A stretch of 64,000 nucleotides of DNA from Candidatus Poribacteria bacterium (GCA_965208675.1 OZ242351.1:1952001-2016000); one strand, 5' to 3'; positions 40,524-51,130 are shown, numbered from the stretch's first letter. The notes: generated by a model from the letters alone, not told the origin. A program made the numbers and translations.

Positions 40524-40800
40524 TTTTTTGAACTGGGATTTGGGTGGTTGAATGATGGGCCGTGATTAAGGTCGGTGTAGCTTAATCCAACGTTTTTGGT
40601 TAATCGGTAGGCATGTGGGTTAGCGGAAGCGGTTCGGATATATGAAAAGCGTTGGGTTCGCTGCTGATATCGGACGCTCCGCGTTTTTGCAAATCTGGCA
40701 GGCAATTTTCGCATGGAACGTGTTAGCAGTTACCCGCTTAACCCAACCTACAAGAACTACAAGAACTTGGTGAGGTGGGGGATGAGTATTTGAGGGGTTT

Positions 40801-42057
40801 GTGGTTATGTCGAGGCGGAAGGGTGTGCTGTTGCTGCTGCCCACGAGAACGTACCGTGCAACCGACTTCTTGGCGGCGGCGGAGCGGTTAGACATAGAGG
40901 TCGTGGTGGGTTCTGACCGCCCGCAAACGCTATCCGAATTGTCGCCCCGCAAGACGCTGACGCTCAATTTTCAGGATGCAGCAAAGGGAACGGAAGAGAT
41001 TGTTCGGTTTGCGAGCGTATATCCGATTGATGCCATCATCGGCGTTGACGACGACACGACTATGCTTGCGGCAACGGCGTCGAAAGCGTTGTCTTTTCCG
41101 TACAACAGTGTGGAATCCGCTTACGCCACTCGAAATAAATACCGTATGCGGAAGGCGCTAGCCGACGCCGGTATTCGCTCGCCCCGGTTCAATCTCTTTT
41201 CAACGGATGACAATCCCGCGACGCTCGTAGATCAGATTGGCTTTCCGTGCGTTGTAAAACCCCTTTCTCTTTCTGCGAGCCGCGGTGTGATTCGCGCCGA
41301 CGGACCGGAGGAATTCATCGGGGCATTTCGTCGGGTAGCCGCGATTTTGCAAGCGTCAGACGCCGCCAATCGAGGCGATGCCGAGGCGCAACAGGTGCTG
41401 GTTGAAAGCTACATTCCCGGGATGGAGGTTGCCTTGGAAGGCATTCTTTTGGACGGCAAGCTCAAAACGCTTGCGATTTTCGACAAACCCGATCCGTTGG
41501 ACGGCCCGTTTTTCGAGGAAACGTTGTATATCACGCCTTCAAGGTTGCCAGACCATTTGCAGGAGGAAATCGCCGGTGCTACGGCGCATGCTGCGAAATC
41601 GCTCGGTTTGCGGGAAGGTCCGGTTCATGCAGAACTGCGGTTGAACGACGAAGGCGCATGGCTCCTTGAGATTGCAGCGAGATCCATCGGCGGGCTTTGC
41701 TCACGCACATTGCGCTTCGGCACAGGTATGTCGTTAGAGGAGCTAATCCTTCGACATGCGGTCGGCATGGAGGTTCAATCGTTGGAACGTGAAGCGGGCG
41801 CTGCCGGCGTCATGATGATACCCATCCCCCGCCCTGGCATCTTGCGTGAGGTGAGAGGCAAATCGGAAGCGGTGCGGGTCACCGGCATTGAGGGCATTAC
41901 CATCAGTATCCCGCTAGGACAGACGGTTGTTCCGCTCCCGGAGGGTTCACGTTACCTCGGTTTCATCTTTGCGCGGGGGAATGCACCCGCAGATGTCGAG
42001 CAGGCACTTCGGGAGGCGCATAGACGACTCGAATTTGTCATTAGACATCTTTCCTAA
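40801..42057 (+). CDS. ATP-grasp enzyme (L-amino-acid ligase-like)
   Basis: NKYRMR, VVKPLSLSASRGVIR, VESYIPG.EVALEG, HAELR, LEIAAR. Confidence 0.88.
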   Translation: MVMSRRKGVLLLLPTRTYRATDFLAAAERLDIEVVVGSDRPQTLSELSPRKTLTLNFQDAAKGTEEIVRFASVYPIDAIIGVDDDTTMLAATASKALSFPYNSVESAYATRNKYRMRKALADAGIRSPRFNLFSTDDNPATLVDQIGFPCVVKPLSLSASRGVIRADGPEEFIGAFRRVAAILQASDAANRGDAEAQQVLVESYIPGMEVALEGILLDGKLKTLAIFDKPDPLDGPFFEETLYITPSRLPDHLQEEIAGATAHAAKSLGLREGPVHAELRLNDEGAWLLEIAARSIGGLCSRTLRFGTGMSLEELILRHAVGMEVQSLEREAGAAGVMMIPIPRPGILREVRGKSEAVRVTGIEGITISIPLGQTVVPLPEGSRYLGFIFARGNAPADVEQALREAHRRLEFVIRHLS

Positions 42058-42126
42058 ATTATTCAATGTGGTGGGCACGCAGGTGGTGTCGGCGGGGCAA
42101 GATGAACCGCCTACGGAGAGGGATAA

Positions 42127-42355
42127 GGGTAACCACAAGGGTTGCCTCTACAGAAATTGAATCCGATGTAAGGGTAGGCATTATTCACCTGTCGCCCCCG
42201 TTGGGGCTCAATATTAGGTGTTACAATGAATTCAATATACCCGAAAATCTCTATCGCACTCGCTATTCGCTCGTTTGATCCCCTCCGGGGCTTAGTGATA
42301 AGGGCAGCCGCAAGGGTTGCCCCTACCGGGAATTAACCCGATGTAAGGAGTGGGG
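42127..42355. repeat. GTAG-type REP-like ~55-bp units (GGGCAACCACAAGGGTTGCCCCTAC...); further copies at 47878-47930 and 48061-48115
   Basis: Four similar palindromic copies seen. Confidence 0.8.
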
Positions 42356-42375
42356 CAAGGTGCCACGCCTATGGG

Positions 42376-42597
42376 CTTACTATTACCCACAAGTCCGCAA
42401 AGTCGGATAGTTTACAGGTTTTCTCCCCTCATTCTTGACGATACCATGCTGTGAAACGCCTGTAGGAAGGGCTTCCTAGCCCTGATTATCGGGACAGGGA
42501 TGTCCCTCCCACAGTCTGCACCATGCCGAAATGAACAATCGTTCGTAGCCCCAACATAGTCGGCGTCTAGCTCCAGAGGCTTGTGGGTAATAGTAAG
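42376..42597. mobile_element. MITE copy 1 (222 bp, TIR CTTACTATTACCCACAAG)
   Basis: 18-bp terminal inverted repeats, internal REP-like palindrome pair, no ORF. Confidence 0.8.
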
Positions 42598-42751
42598 TTT
42601 ATAAAGGGGGAGGGTATTAGTGGAGAAGACTATCGTGGCAACCAGAAAACTATCGCCTTCGCTAATCGCTTAGTTGATTCTATTCAGCCGGTTGATTCCG
42701 CCAAATACGTTACTCCGGCGTTGAGTAGGGCAAGGTGCCACGCCTACGGAG

Positions 42752-42974
42752 CTTACTATTACCCGCAAGTCCGTAAAGTCGGAATGGGATACGGGATTTC
42801 TCCCCTGATTCTTGACGTAACCATCCTGTGAAGCCCCTGTGGAAAGGGCTTCCTAGCCCTGATTATCGGGACAGGAATGTCCCTCCCACAGTTTACACCA
42901 TACCAAAATGAACGTTCGTTCTTAGCTCCAACATAGACGGCGTCTAACGCCGGAGACTTGTGGGTAATCGTAAG
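42752..42974. mobile_element. MITE copy 2 (223 bp)
   Basis: Diverged direct repeat of 42376-42597 with the same TIRs. Confidence 0.8.
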
Positions 42975-42999
42975 TCAACGGAGGGGGGCGGCGGCGAAC

Positions 43000-44865
43000 T
43001 CAGTCGATTCGTCGACGTTGATAGAGCCACCACTCGACGGCGCTCAGGGCGACGGCAAGAAAGATTAGATAAATCCACGGCGGGTAACGCAGCAGGGCGG
43101 AGCCGCCGAGTCCAATCATTTCCTCGCCCAGTAAGTCTTCGATCGACGGCGTTACACCGATTTGCGATTCCGATTCGTCCGTGAGGTTGACTGCCCAGAC
43201 CTCCTCGTCCGCACCGAACTGTAGTTCATAGAAGCCGGAGACGGACGTCTGATCGAAGAGGAGTTGACCGTCCTCAACCGCGACTTCCGTTTGCCCGCCC
43301 GCCGGGGTGGTAATGGCAGCCGTTTCTACCGCGGAAGGAACCTGTTTGCTCAAAATCTCGCCGGTTTGAAGATGGTAGTCTTCGATTCCCGAACCGCGTC
43401 GAAACCACTGGATGGTGTTGGCAATGATTACCGGAAAAGCGATGCGCAGCGGCAGATCCGATCTCAGGATGTCGATGGCAGCAAAGACTATTTTTCGATT
43501 TGCGGTCGAATCAACAATCAACAATGGGTCGTCAAAAGAACGCACGAGGACTTTGGCGTGCGGGGGCGGTGTGACCTGATAGGCTTCCCCGATCAGGACA
43601 TTGTCGAGTTGGACGTAGCGGAGGATGGGATGGTCACGCTCCCAATCGGTAACAATCGGCGATTCGAGCGGTTCTCCAATCTTCCACATGGCGCCGTTTT
43701 TCGGCGGATAGATGAGCATATAGTTGCCGTCGCCGAGTTCGGGCGGGCTGTACCGGTCAAAAATCGTCACGCCCTCACTGACGGAACTGTACTGATCCGG
43801 CGCAACGACCGACACATCCAACTTTTCATCAACGGCGAGCGCGTTTTCGAGGAATGTGTTGCCGCGCGTGACGAGCAGGACAGGGATTTGCTCGCGTTTG
43901 GGCAAGGCGGCGTAAGCGACGTTGTCGGTAGCGAGCGCATCATCGACATCGATTGCTGCTTTTAGCCGGCCGCCTTCGAAAGTGAAATTGCTGAAGATTT
44001 CAGATTTGTCTTCGCCGGCGGCTAGCGTATAGGGGCGCACATCGAGGAGAGCGTCGTTGAGGTAGAGTTCCACTTTGAACGACTTTTCCGCCTCTGAATT
44101 GTTGGCAACCGTTAACAGGGTCTGGTAGTCGAAGGCGTTGACAAGACTCTTCCGCACCCGAAACTGCGTGATTCCGACGTTATCGCTCACTGTGTCCGCA
44201 ACCGGCATCAGGTGCAGTTTGACGTGGGGCGGCGGATTTTGGAGCATATCCGCGACCTGCTCACCCTGATGGGTTGCGCCTATCGCAAAGTCGCTGAAAA
44301 CTACAATTTCGGGGTTAGTATTGGTCTGCGTTACGGAATAGGCGAGCGACAGCGCGGGCGCCAAATCGGTCTTTACATCGGTAGGTTGAATCGCCTCAAT
44401 GGCGGCGCGCAGGGATTTCTGATGGTTGGTGAACGGGCTTTGAATGATAGGCTGCGTGTGGCAACTGATGACCATCATCTCATCAATATAGCGGAGGTTA
44501 TCCACGAGTTTCAGCGCACGCTCTTTAGCAGATTCGAGGCGTGTTTGCATGTCGCCGCGGGTGTTCATGCTGGCAGAATGGTCGATGATTAGCACCATCT
44601 GACGCGCCAATTTCGTCATGAATCCGAACTGCGGCCGCGCTATTGCGAGGACGAGGAGCGCTAGGAACAACAACTGCAGCAGCAGAGATAACAGGTGTTT
44701 TAGCTTTTGGAATAGGGACGTGGTTTGCCTCTCTTTGAAAATCTGTTCCCAGAACATCAGGGTGGAGACGGGTTCGCGGCGGCGGCGCAGTTTGAGGATG
44801 TAGAGGGCAACGATTGGAGCGGCGATACCAAATAGGAATAGCGCGGCGGGAGATAGGAAGTTCAT
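43000..44865 (-). CDS. BatA/VWA domain membrane protein
   Basis: N-terminal double TM (LYILKLRRR..STLMFW..LAIARP), MIDAS DHSASM, C-terminal EWWLYQRR. Confidence 0.9.
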   Translation of the reverse strand: MNFLSPAALFLFGIAAPIVALYILKLRRRREPVSTLMFWEQIFKERQTTSLFQKLKHLLSLLLQLLFLALLVLAIARPQFGFMTKLARQMVLIIDHSASMNTRGDMQTRLESAKERALKLVDNLRYIDEMMVISCHTQPIIQSPFTNHQKSLRAAIEAIQPTDVKTDLAPALSLAYSVTQTNTNPEIVVFSDFAIGATHQGEQVADMLQNPPPHVKLHLMPVADTVSDNVGITQFRVRKSLVNAFDYQTLLTVANNSEAEKSFKVELYLNDALLDVRPYTLAAGEDKSEIFSNFTFEGGRLKAAIDVDDALATDNVAYAALPKREQIPVLLVTRGNTFLENALAVDEKLDVSVVAPDQYSSVSEGVTIFDRYSPPELGDGNYMLIYPPKNGAMWKIGEPLESPIVTDWERDHPILRYVQLDNVLIGEAYQVTPPPHAKVLVRSFDDPLLIVDSTANRKIVFAAIDILRSDLPLRIAFPVIIANTIQWFRRGSGIEDYHLQTGEILSKQVPSAVETAAITTPAGGQTEVAVEDGQLLFDQTSVSGFYELQFGADEEVWAVNLTDESESQIGVTPSIEDLLGEEMIGLGGSALLRYPPWIYLIFLAVALSAVEWWLYQRRRID

Positions 44866-44930
44866 ATTAGTGTTGAAAATTTTTGGTGTACGATAGACGC
44901 GGTTCGGACGAGTGCACCTCGGCTCGAGGT

Positions 44931-45827
44931 TTAGGACACAAACCCGCCCATTCGAAAGATGCGCAAAATGAGTTCATCAAAGGGTAATTCGGTGGCTGTG
45001 CGGATGAATCCTATTTCACGCTGCACACAGTAGCGGTCGAGGTCGCCGCAATACTTCTGGAACAGCGTTTTGTATCGTTTGAGGTGACTTTCGTTGATAG
45101 TGACGGGACGAAGCTGATTCGTTTCCATATCGACGAGGTGATAGTCACCCAGCAATTCGGGATTCACCTCTTTGTCGTCAACGATATGGATTAAGAATAG
45201 GTCGTGTTTCTGAAATTTTAACACGTTTAGCCCGTCGGTGAACCCGCGCGGATCAAAGAGGTCCGAGATTAGCACTACCAGCCCGCGGCGTTTGGCGGTG
45301 TGTACAAAGTTGCTGAAAGCGGTCTGAAGATTGGTTTCGCCGGCGCCGTCGATCCGATCTAGGAAGTCTAGCACGGTAAAGATTTTGCCCTTCCCGCGCT
45401 CCGTCGGCAGCCGATTCAGGTCTGCTTCGGTGAAGGCGGTGATGCTGACGCGGTCGAGATTCGACAAGCCGATATAGGCGAGTGCGGCAGCGACACGTTT
45501 GGCGTACAGCAGTTTCTGGGGGTCGCCGTAGGTCATTGACCGGCTGGCATCCACGAGAAAGTAGATGTGCAGGTCCTCGCGTTCTTCGTAGAGTTTCAGC
45601 AGGAGTTCGTCGAACCGGGCGAATGCGTTCCAGTCGATATAACGGAAATCGTCGCCGGCGGTATAGTTACGGTAGTCGGCAAACTCGACACTCACGCCGC
45701 GGCGAGTACTGCGGCGTTCGGCTTTGATTCTGCCAGCGAAAATCTTTTTCGAGACGATGTAAAGGTATTCCAGTTTTTTCAGAAATTCGCTGTCAAAGGC
45801 GGATTGGGTAGATTGGATTTCGTTCAT
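44931..45827 (-). CDS. DUF58 family protein
   Basis: GVSVEFADYRNY..GDDFRYIDWN, LVDASRSM, LISDLFD. Confidence 0.92.
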   Translation of the reverse strand: MNEIQSTQSAFDSEFLKKLEYLYIVSKKIFAGRIKAERRSTRRGVSVEFADYRNYTAGDDFRYIDWNAFARFDELLLKLYEEREDLHIYFLVDASRSMTYGDPQKLLYAKRVAAALAYIGLSNLDRVSITAFTEADLNRLPTERGKGKIFTVLDFLDRIDGAGETNLQTAFSNFVHTAKRRGLVVLISDLFDPRGFTDGLNVLKFQKHDLFLIHIVDDKEVNPELLGDYHLVDMETNQLRPVTINESHLKRYKTLFQKYCGDLDRYCVQREIGFIRTATELPFDELILRIFRMGGFVS

Positions 45828-45867
45828 GGCGAGGCAGCCCCTTGAAATGTAGGTTGCGCAATTGTCA

Positions 45868-46653
45868 TCACTCTGAACTTCGGCGGCTTCGGCGACCGAT
45901 GATGACAGCACCAACAACTATTACTAAACTGATAAGCAACAGCCAGACCAGCGCACCGTATTCGTGTTTTTGCGATTCAGGTTCTTCTTCAGCCGTTTTC
46001 GACGGCACCGTGCTTTCGCCACCGAAAAGCCTCTTCAAGAAGGAACCGAAGGACGCCTTTTTGGACATTTTCATCGCCACCGACTGATCGCCGCCGGCGG
46101 TAACTGTCATTGGTTTACCGAGACGGTCGCCGTAACCCTCTTTAGTGAAGTTCAACAGGTAGCGGCCGCTAGGTAAGCCGATTATCACGAATTCTCCGTT
46201 GCTGCCAGTCTGCGTTTCGTGTTCGATGCCGGCAGGATCAACGGCAACCACTCGGACGCCTTCAATCGGGTTTTGAAGCGATGAGGTGTCAGTGACAATT
46301 CCCCGTATGGTACCCATTTTAGACATCTTCATCTGCAAATATAGGTCGCCCGCAGCGGTAGCCGTAATCGGCTTACCTAGACGCTCTCTGTACCCCTCTT
46401 TAGTGAAGTTCATCAGATAGCGGCCGGGAGGCAAATGAATGATTTCGTACTCGCCGTTGCTGTCCGTCAGCGTTTCGTGTTCGATGCCATCAGCATTAAC
46501 GGCAACCACTCGGACACCTTCAATTGGGTTTGCAAACGGTGAGGTGTCAAGGACCATCCCGCGTACGGTGCCAGTATTTGAGTCTTGGGCGAACCCAAGC
46601 GTTTGCACGACGGCAAAGCTGCATAGAGTTAGTATTAAGTACAACCGTTTCAT
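45868..46653 (-). CDS. Surface protein with two carboxypeptidase-regulatory-like repeats and a C-terminal TM
   Basis: Signal peptide; two ~88-aa repeats GT.RG.V.DTS...NPIEGVRVVAV...T.SNGE...LP.GRY. Confidence 0.85.
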   Translation of the reverse strand: MKRLYLILTLCSFAVVQTLGFAQDSNTGTVRGMVLDTSPFANPIEGVRVVAVNADGIEHETLTDSNGEYEIIHLPPGRYLMNFTKEGYRERLGKPITATAAGDLYLQMKMSKMGTIRGIVTDTSSLQNPIEGVRVVAVDPAGIEHETQTGSNGEFVIIGLPSGRYLLNFTKEGYGDRLGKPMTVTAGGDQSVAMKMSKKASFGSFLKRLFGGESTVPSKTAEEEPESQKHEYGALVWLLLISLVIVVGAVIIGRRSRRSSE

Positions 46654-46868
46654 GATTTCCTCCCTATTAAAGTTAGGACTTGCGCGGTTCAGTTTGCAAC
46701 GGCACAATTTATTGTGCGTCCGGCAAGCCGTTAACTTCCTTGACCTGATATATTGTTTTGTGTGGAAAGGGGCAATGAAGACGAATCTCAATCGGCTTCG
46801 CTATTCGGTCAGTTGAACCAATTCAGCGAACGCGGGGCAAGATGCCACGCATACGGTGGGCGGCGGCG

Positions 46869-47852
46869 TTATTGGATTTCCTCCAGCAGGTGTTGGATAA
46901 TTCCGTCCGGGTCGATTCCTTCAGCTTCGCCTTCAAAGTTGAGAATTAATCGGTGGCGGAGGCTTGGCAATGCGACGGCTTGAATGTCCTCGCGGGCAAC
47001 GTTGTAGCGGTCATCAAGGATTGCCTTGACTTTGCCGCCAAGAATCAACGCTTGGGCACCACGGGGGCTTGAACCGTAACGGACATATTTTTTGGTTAGC
47101 TCGGGGGCGTCCGCCGAATCGGGGTGCGTGCCCAACACAATCCGCAATGCGTACCTGCGGACATCTTCGGCAATGAGGATGTCGCGGACAATCTGTTCCA
47201 ATGCGTTGATTCGTTCCCCGTCGCAGACTTTTTCAACGACAGGCATGTCGCGCTTCGTGGTGCGTTCCATCACGAGGTCGAGTTCGTCGAGGCTGGGATA
47301 TTCGACCTTGAGTTTGAAAAAGAAGCGGTCGAGTTGGGCTTCGGGGAGTGGATATGTGCCCTCCATTTCCAACGGATTTTGCGTCGCCATGACAAAGAAG
47401 GGGGGTTGCAAGGTATGATGTTTTCCCGCAACGGTGACGGACTTCTCCTGCATGGCTTCAAGCAGCGCAGATTGCGTCTTGGGTGTGGCTCGGTTGATTT
47501 CATCGGCGAGCACGAGATTGCTAAACACCGGACCGGATTGGAAATCAAAGAATTTGCGTCCGTCCTCATCTTCGGCGACGACGTTAGTGCCGATTATGTC
47601 GGCGGGCATCAGATCGGGCGTGAACTGAATGCGGGCAAATCCGAGATCGAGCACCTCATGCAGCGTCCGAATGAGCAGGGTTTTGCCCAAGCCGGGCACG
47701 CCCTCCAAGAGCGCGTGTCCGCCTGTCATTAGGCAGATTAATACGCCTTCGACAATCTCCGCTTGTCCGACGATGCGTTTGGCAACCTCGTCTTTGATAT
47801 GATTGAAGACTTCGCGAAATTCTTGGTATTGATGTTCAAGATTTTCCGACAT
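46869..47852 (-). CDS. moxR: MoxR family AAA+ ATPase
   Basis: GVPGLGKT, RIQFTPDLMPADI, DEINRA, YPLPEAQLDRF. Confidence 0.95.
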   Translation of the reverse strand: MSENLEHQYQEFREVFNHIKDEVAKRIVGQAEIVEGVLICLMTGGHALLEGVPGLGKTLLIRTLHEVLDLGFARIQFTPDLMPADIIGTNVVAEDEDGRKFFDFQSGPVFSNLVLADEINRATPKTQSALLEAMQEKSVTVAGKHHTLQPPFFVMATQNPLEMEGTYPLPEAQLDRFFFKLKVEYPSLDELDLVMERTTKRDMPVVEKVCDGERINALEQIVRDILIAEDVRRYALRIVLGTHPDSADAPELTKKYVRYGSSPRGAQALILGGKVKAILDDRYNVAREDIQAVALPSLRHRLILNFEGEAEGIDPDGIIQHLLEEIQ

Positions 47853-48141
47853 GATTTCCCCCTTCTGTGAACGATTTGGGCAACCGCAAGGGTTGCACGT
47901 ACAAAGAATTAATCAGATTTATGGGCGCGGTATGGGATTGACCAAATTCCCTTTAGAGCATGATTGAATAATAGGCGACAAACCCATTTTTGGATTTCTG
48001 TTCCGCTATGACCTGTCGCCCCGCTGGGGCTATCTCCTACGGAAATTGGTGCAGCGATTTGGGCAACCACAAGGGTTGCCCCTACAGAGAATTAACTCGA
48101 TGTAGGGGCGGGGCTTGGGTGTGCCCGATTTCCTTTAATTT

Positions 48142-49161
48142 CTATTTCCAGGTGTCTTCTTGGACGGCATGGGAATCAGCCTTGTTTCGGATGGCGGTCC
48201 ACCACTTTCGATTTTCGGCGTACCAACGGACGGTATCCCGAAGTCCGGATTCAAAATCGATCTGCGGTTCCCAACCGAGTTCCGTCCAAATCTTCGTCGA
48301 ATCCAATAGGTATCGGCGATCGTGACCGGGGCGGTCGGGGACGTATGTTTTTAAAGACGCGGGTTTGTCCAATGCGGCTAGGATTGCGTCGGCAATTTCC
48401 TCGATACTTTGTTCGACGCCGCTGCCGATGTTGTAAGTTTCGCCGATTTTCCCATTCCGAATAATCAGATCGATGGCGTGGCAGTGATCAAAAACGGCGA
48501 GCCATTCCCGCCGGTTTTGGCTGTTGCGATAGAGTGGCAGCGGTTTGTCGTCGATGGCGTGCGTTGTAAACAGCGGTATGACCTTTTCGGGGTGCTGATA
48601 AGGCCCGTAGTTGTTTGAACAGTTCGAAATGGTGACTGGAAGCTGATAGGTTTCAAAATAGGCGCGGACTGCATGGTCTGCGGCGGCTTTTGATGCGTTA
48701 TACGGTGTGCGCGGGCGATAGGGATGGTTCTCCGTGAATTCTTCGCACGAGTCGAGGGAGAGGTCGCCGTAGACCTCGCAGGTGGAGATGTGGTGAAACC
48801 GGGCAACCTGATGTTTGCGGGCGAGGTCAAGCAGCGTCTGTGTACCCATGACGTTCGTCTCGAAGAATCGGCGCGGCTGGAGAACAGCGCGGCTGTTGTG
48901 GGATTCTGCGGCGAAATTTACAATCACATCGGGAGGGAGTTCCGCCATGAGCCGATCAATGCAGCGATAATCTCCAATGCCGGCATTGATAAAGCGGTAT
49001 CTATCGGGGTGGCTATCGGCGTCATTTGAGAAGTTTGACGGATCGCCCGCGTAGGTTAGGGAATCGATGTTGACAACCGAATCGCTCGGATAGCGTTCAA
49101 GCCAGTATCGGCTGAAATTGCATCCTATGAATCCCGCTCCGCCAGTAACCCATAGCCTCAT
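48142..49161 (-). CDS. rfbB: dTDP-glucose 4,6-dehydratase
   Basis: GGAGFIG, NFAAESH, YNASKA, CSNNYGPYQHPEK, DRPGHDRRY. Confidence 0.92.
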   Translation of the reverse strand: MRLWVTGGAGFIGCNFSRYWLERYPSDSVVNIDSLTYAGDPSNFSNDADSHPDRYRFINAGIGDYRCIDRLMAELPPDVIVNFAAESHNSRAVLQPRRFFETNVMGTQTLLDLARKHQVARFHHISTCEVYGDLSLDSCEEFTENHPYRPRTPYNASKAAADHAVRAYFETYQLPVTISNCSNNYGPYQHPEKVIPLFTTHAIDDKPLPLYRNSQNRREWLAVFDHCHAIDLIIRNGKIGETYNIGSGVEQSIEEIADAILAALDKPASLKTYVPDRPGHDRRYLLDSTKIWTELGWEPQIDFESGLRDTVRWYAENRKWWTAIRNKADSHAVQEDTWK

Positions 49162-49273
49162 GAAACCATCCTCAACCGCGGGTTGTGTCACGGCATGTTC
49201 GGAGATTTAGTTGCGCCGCAGCAGCGGTTTGCTTCGGAGCCATGATGCGCAGGAAAGCCAATCAGGACATTTC

Positions 49274-51130
49274 CTACCGCCGTTTAAACCGGCTCTCAAG
49301 TTCGTTTTTTGCCATCTCGACGACAATTGGGCGTGAGTGCGGGCAATTAAACGGTAATTTAGCTTTCGATAGGTCCTTGACCAACGCGACCATTTCCTCC
49401 ATCGTCAATGAATCGCCGCCTTTGACGGCGGATTTGCAAGCGAGCATTATCAGCGCATCATCCTGCACGCCGAGCAGTTCGTCGGGTGGGATTGCATTTT
49501 GCGGGAGCCGATCCAATAGGTCTGTCACCGTCTTTGCGATTGACGATGTCGCCAACATGGCGGGAATGGAACGCACAAGGATGGTATTGCCTCCGAACTG
49601 CTCTATCTCGAAACCGAGTTTCTTGAATAGTTCGGTGTGCGCATTGAGTGTGGTTAACTGCTGTGAGGTCACCTCAATTGTTGCGGGGAGTAGTAAGCCC
49701 TGCACCGGAATCCCGTCCGCTTTCAGTTGATGGACAAATTGCTCGTAGAGCACCCGCTCGGCTGCGACGTGCTGGTCGATGAAAAACACGCGGTCTTTCG
49801 CCTCCGCCACGATGTAAGTATTAAACAGATTTGCCTTCAGTTGTACATCTTCAAAATCGAAGAGTTCGAGGGCCGTGCCGTCAGGGATGGTACGTTCAGG
49901 CGGTTGGATTTCCGCCGGCGTACCAGAAGGGAGAGGCTCAAACGCAACTTCGGCGGTTTGCTCAGGCTGCCGCGGCGGTTGAGACGCAGGGTTAATCCGG
50001 TCGTCGGTTCCGATTTCCATCCCGGTTTCCGCGGTTTGGGAGAAGATTCGAGGGTTTTCTTCAACACCGAACCCGCCTTCATTTTCGAATGGAGGACCGG
50101 CCGGCGATGCCGGCTGCGCCGCCTTGTCAAGCCGCGGGATATACTTGTGCTTGTGCACACCGCTGTTTATCATGCGCGAAACGGCGCTGAAGATTGCGCG
50201 TTCATTTCTAAATCGTACCTCGACCTTGGCGGGGTGCACGTTCACATCGACCTCTTGTGCGTCCATCGTCAGGAACAGGAAAGCCACGGCGTACCGATCC
50301 TTGGGCACCATGGCGCGCATGGCTTCGCCGAGGGCGGCGCCGATAATCTTGCTGCGGATTGGCCTAGCGTTCAGAAAAAACAGTTGGTAGCTGCGATTCG
50401 ATTTAGTGAGTTCGGGTTTGCCAATGAAGGTGTGCAAACGAAGGTTGGGCAACTCCGCGTCAAATTCGATTAAGTTTTCGGCGAACTCCTTCCCGTAGAG
50501 CAGGCGAATCCGCTCAATATAGGAATCACAGGTACGGACATCAATCAGGGAACGGCGGTCGTGGGATAGGGAAAATTGAACTTTCGGGTGTGCGAGCGCC
50601 GCCCAAGTCACTTGGTTGGTAAGGTGGTTTAACTCGGTGGTGTCGGTTTTCAGGAATTTCAGGCGCGCGGGGACATTATAGAACAGGTTATTGATAGTGA
50701 TGTGCGTGCCGGGCGAACAGCCGCTTTCCTGCACGGATTTTACGCCGCCGCCTTCGACGGCGATTTTTGTGCCCGCGAGGTCATCAGATTTGCGCGTCAG
50801 CAACTCAAGCTGCGATACGGAGGCGATACTCGGGAGCGCCTCGCCGCGGAATCCAAACGTGCGAATGTGCTGCAAATCGTCAATGGTTCCGACTTTGCTT
50901 GTGGCATGGCGTTTTAGGGCAACCTGGGCATCCTCGCGGGACATACCCGTGCCGTTGTCGGAGACGCGGATGAGCCGTTTGCCGCCAGCGCGGATTTCAA
51001 CTTTTATCTTGGTACTCTCGGCGTCAATGGCGTTTTCGATGAGTTCCTTGACTACGGACGCGGGCCGCTCGACAACTTCACCGGCTGCGATTTTGTTGGC
51101 AATTTCGGGCGGAAGAATTTTGATTGGCAT
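49274..51130 (-). CDS. mutL: DNA mismatch repair protein MutL
   Basis: IAAGEVVERPASVVKELIEN, FGFRGEAL, DVNVHPAK, DQH..ER..YE, ACK, CPH.RP. Confidence 0.97.
   Translation of the reverse strand: MPIKILPPEIANKIAAGEVVERPASVVKELIENAIDAESTKIKVEIRAGGKRLIRVSDNGTGMSREDAQVALKRHATSKVGTIDDLQHIRTFGFRGEALPSIASVSQLELLTRKSDDLAGTKIAVEGGGVKSVQESGCSPGTHITINNLFYNVPARLKFLKTDTTELNHLTNQVTWAALAHPKVQFSLSHDRRSLIDVRTCDSYIERIRLLYGKEFAENLIEFDAELPNLRLHTFIGKPELTKSNRSYQLFFLNARPIRSKIIGAALGEAMRAMVPKDRYAVAFLFLTMDAQEVDVNVHPAKVEVRFRNERAIFSAVSRMINSGVHKHKYIPRLDKAAQPASPAGPPFENEGGFGVEENPRIFSQTAETGMEIGTDDRINPASQPPRQPEQTAEVAFEPLPSGTPAEIQPPERTIPDGTALELFDFEDVQLKANLFNTYIVAEAKDRVFFIDQHVAAERVLYEQFVHQLKADGIPVQGLLLPATIEVTSQQLTTLNAHTELFKKLGFEIEQFGGNTILVRSIPAMLATSSIAKTVTDLLDRLPQNAIPPDELLGVQDDALIMLACKSAVKGGDSLTMEEMVALVKDLSKAKLPFNCPHSRPIVVEMAKNELESRFKRR

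Noticed and set aside
42060-42990. Possible CRISPR array
   Set aside because: Repeats are heterogeneous palindromes and MITEs without regular spacers; no cas genes
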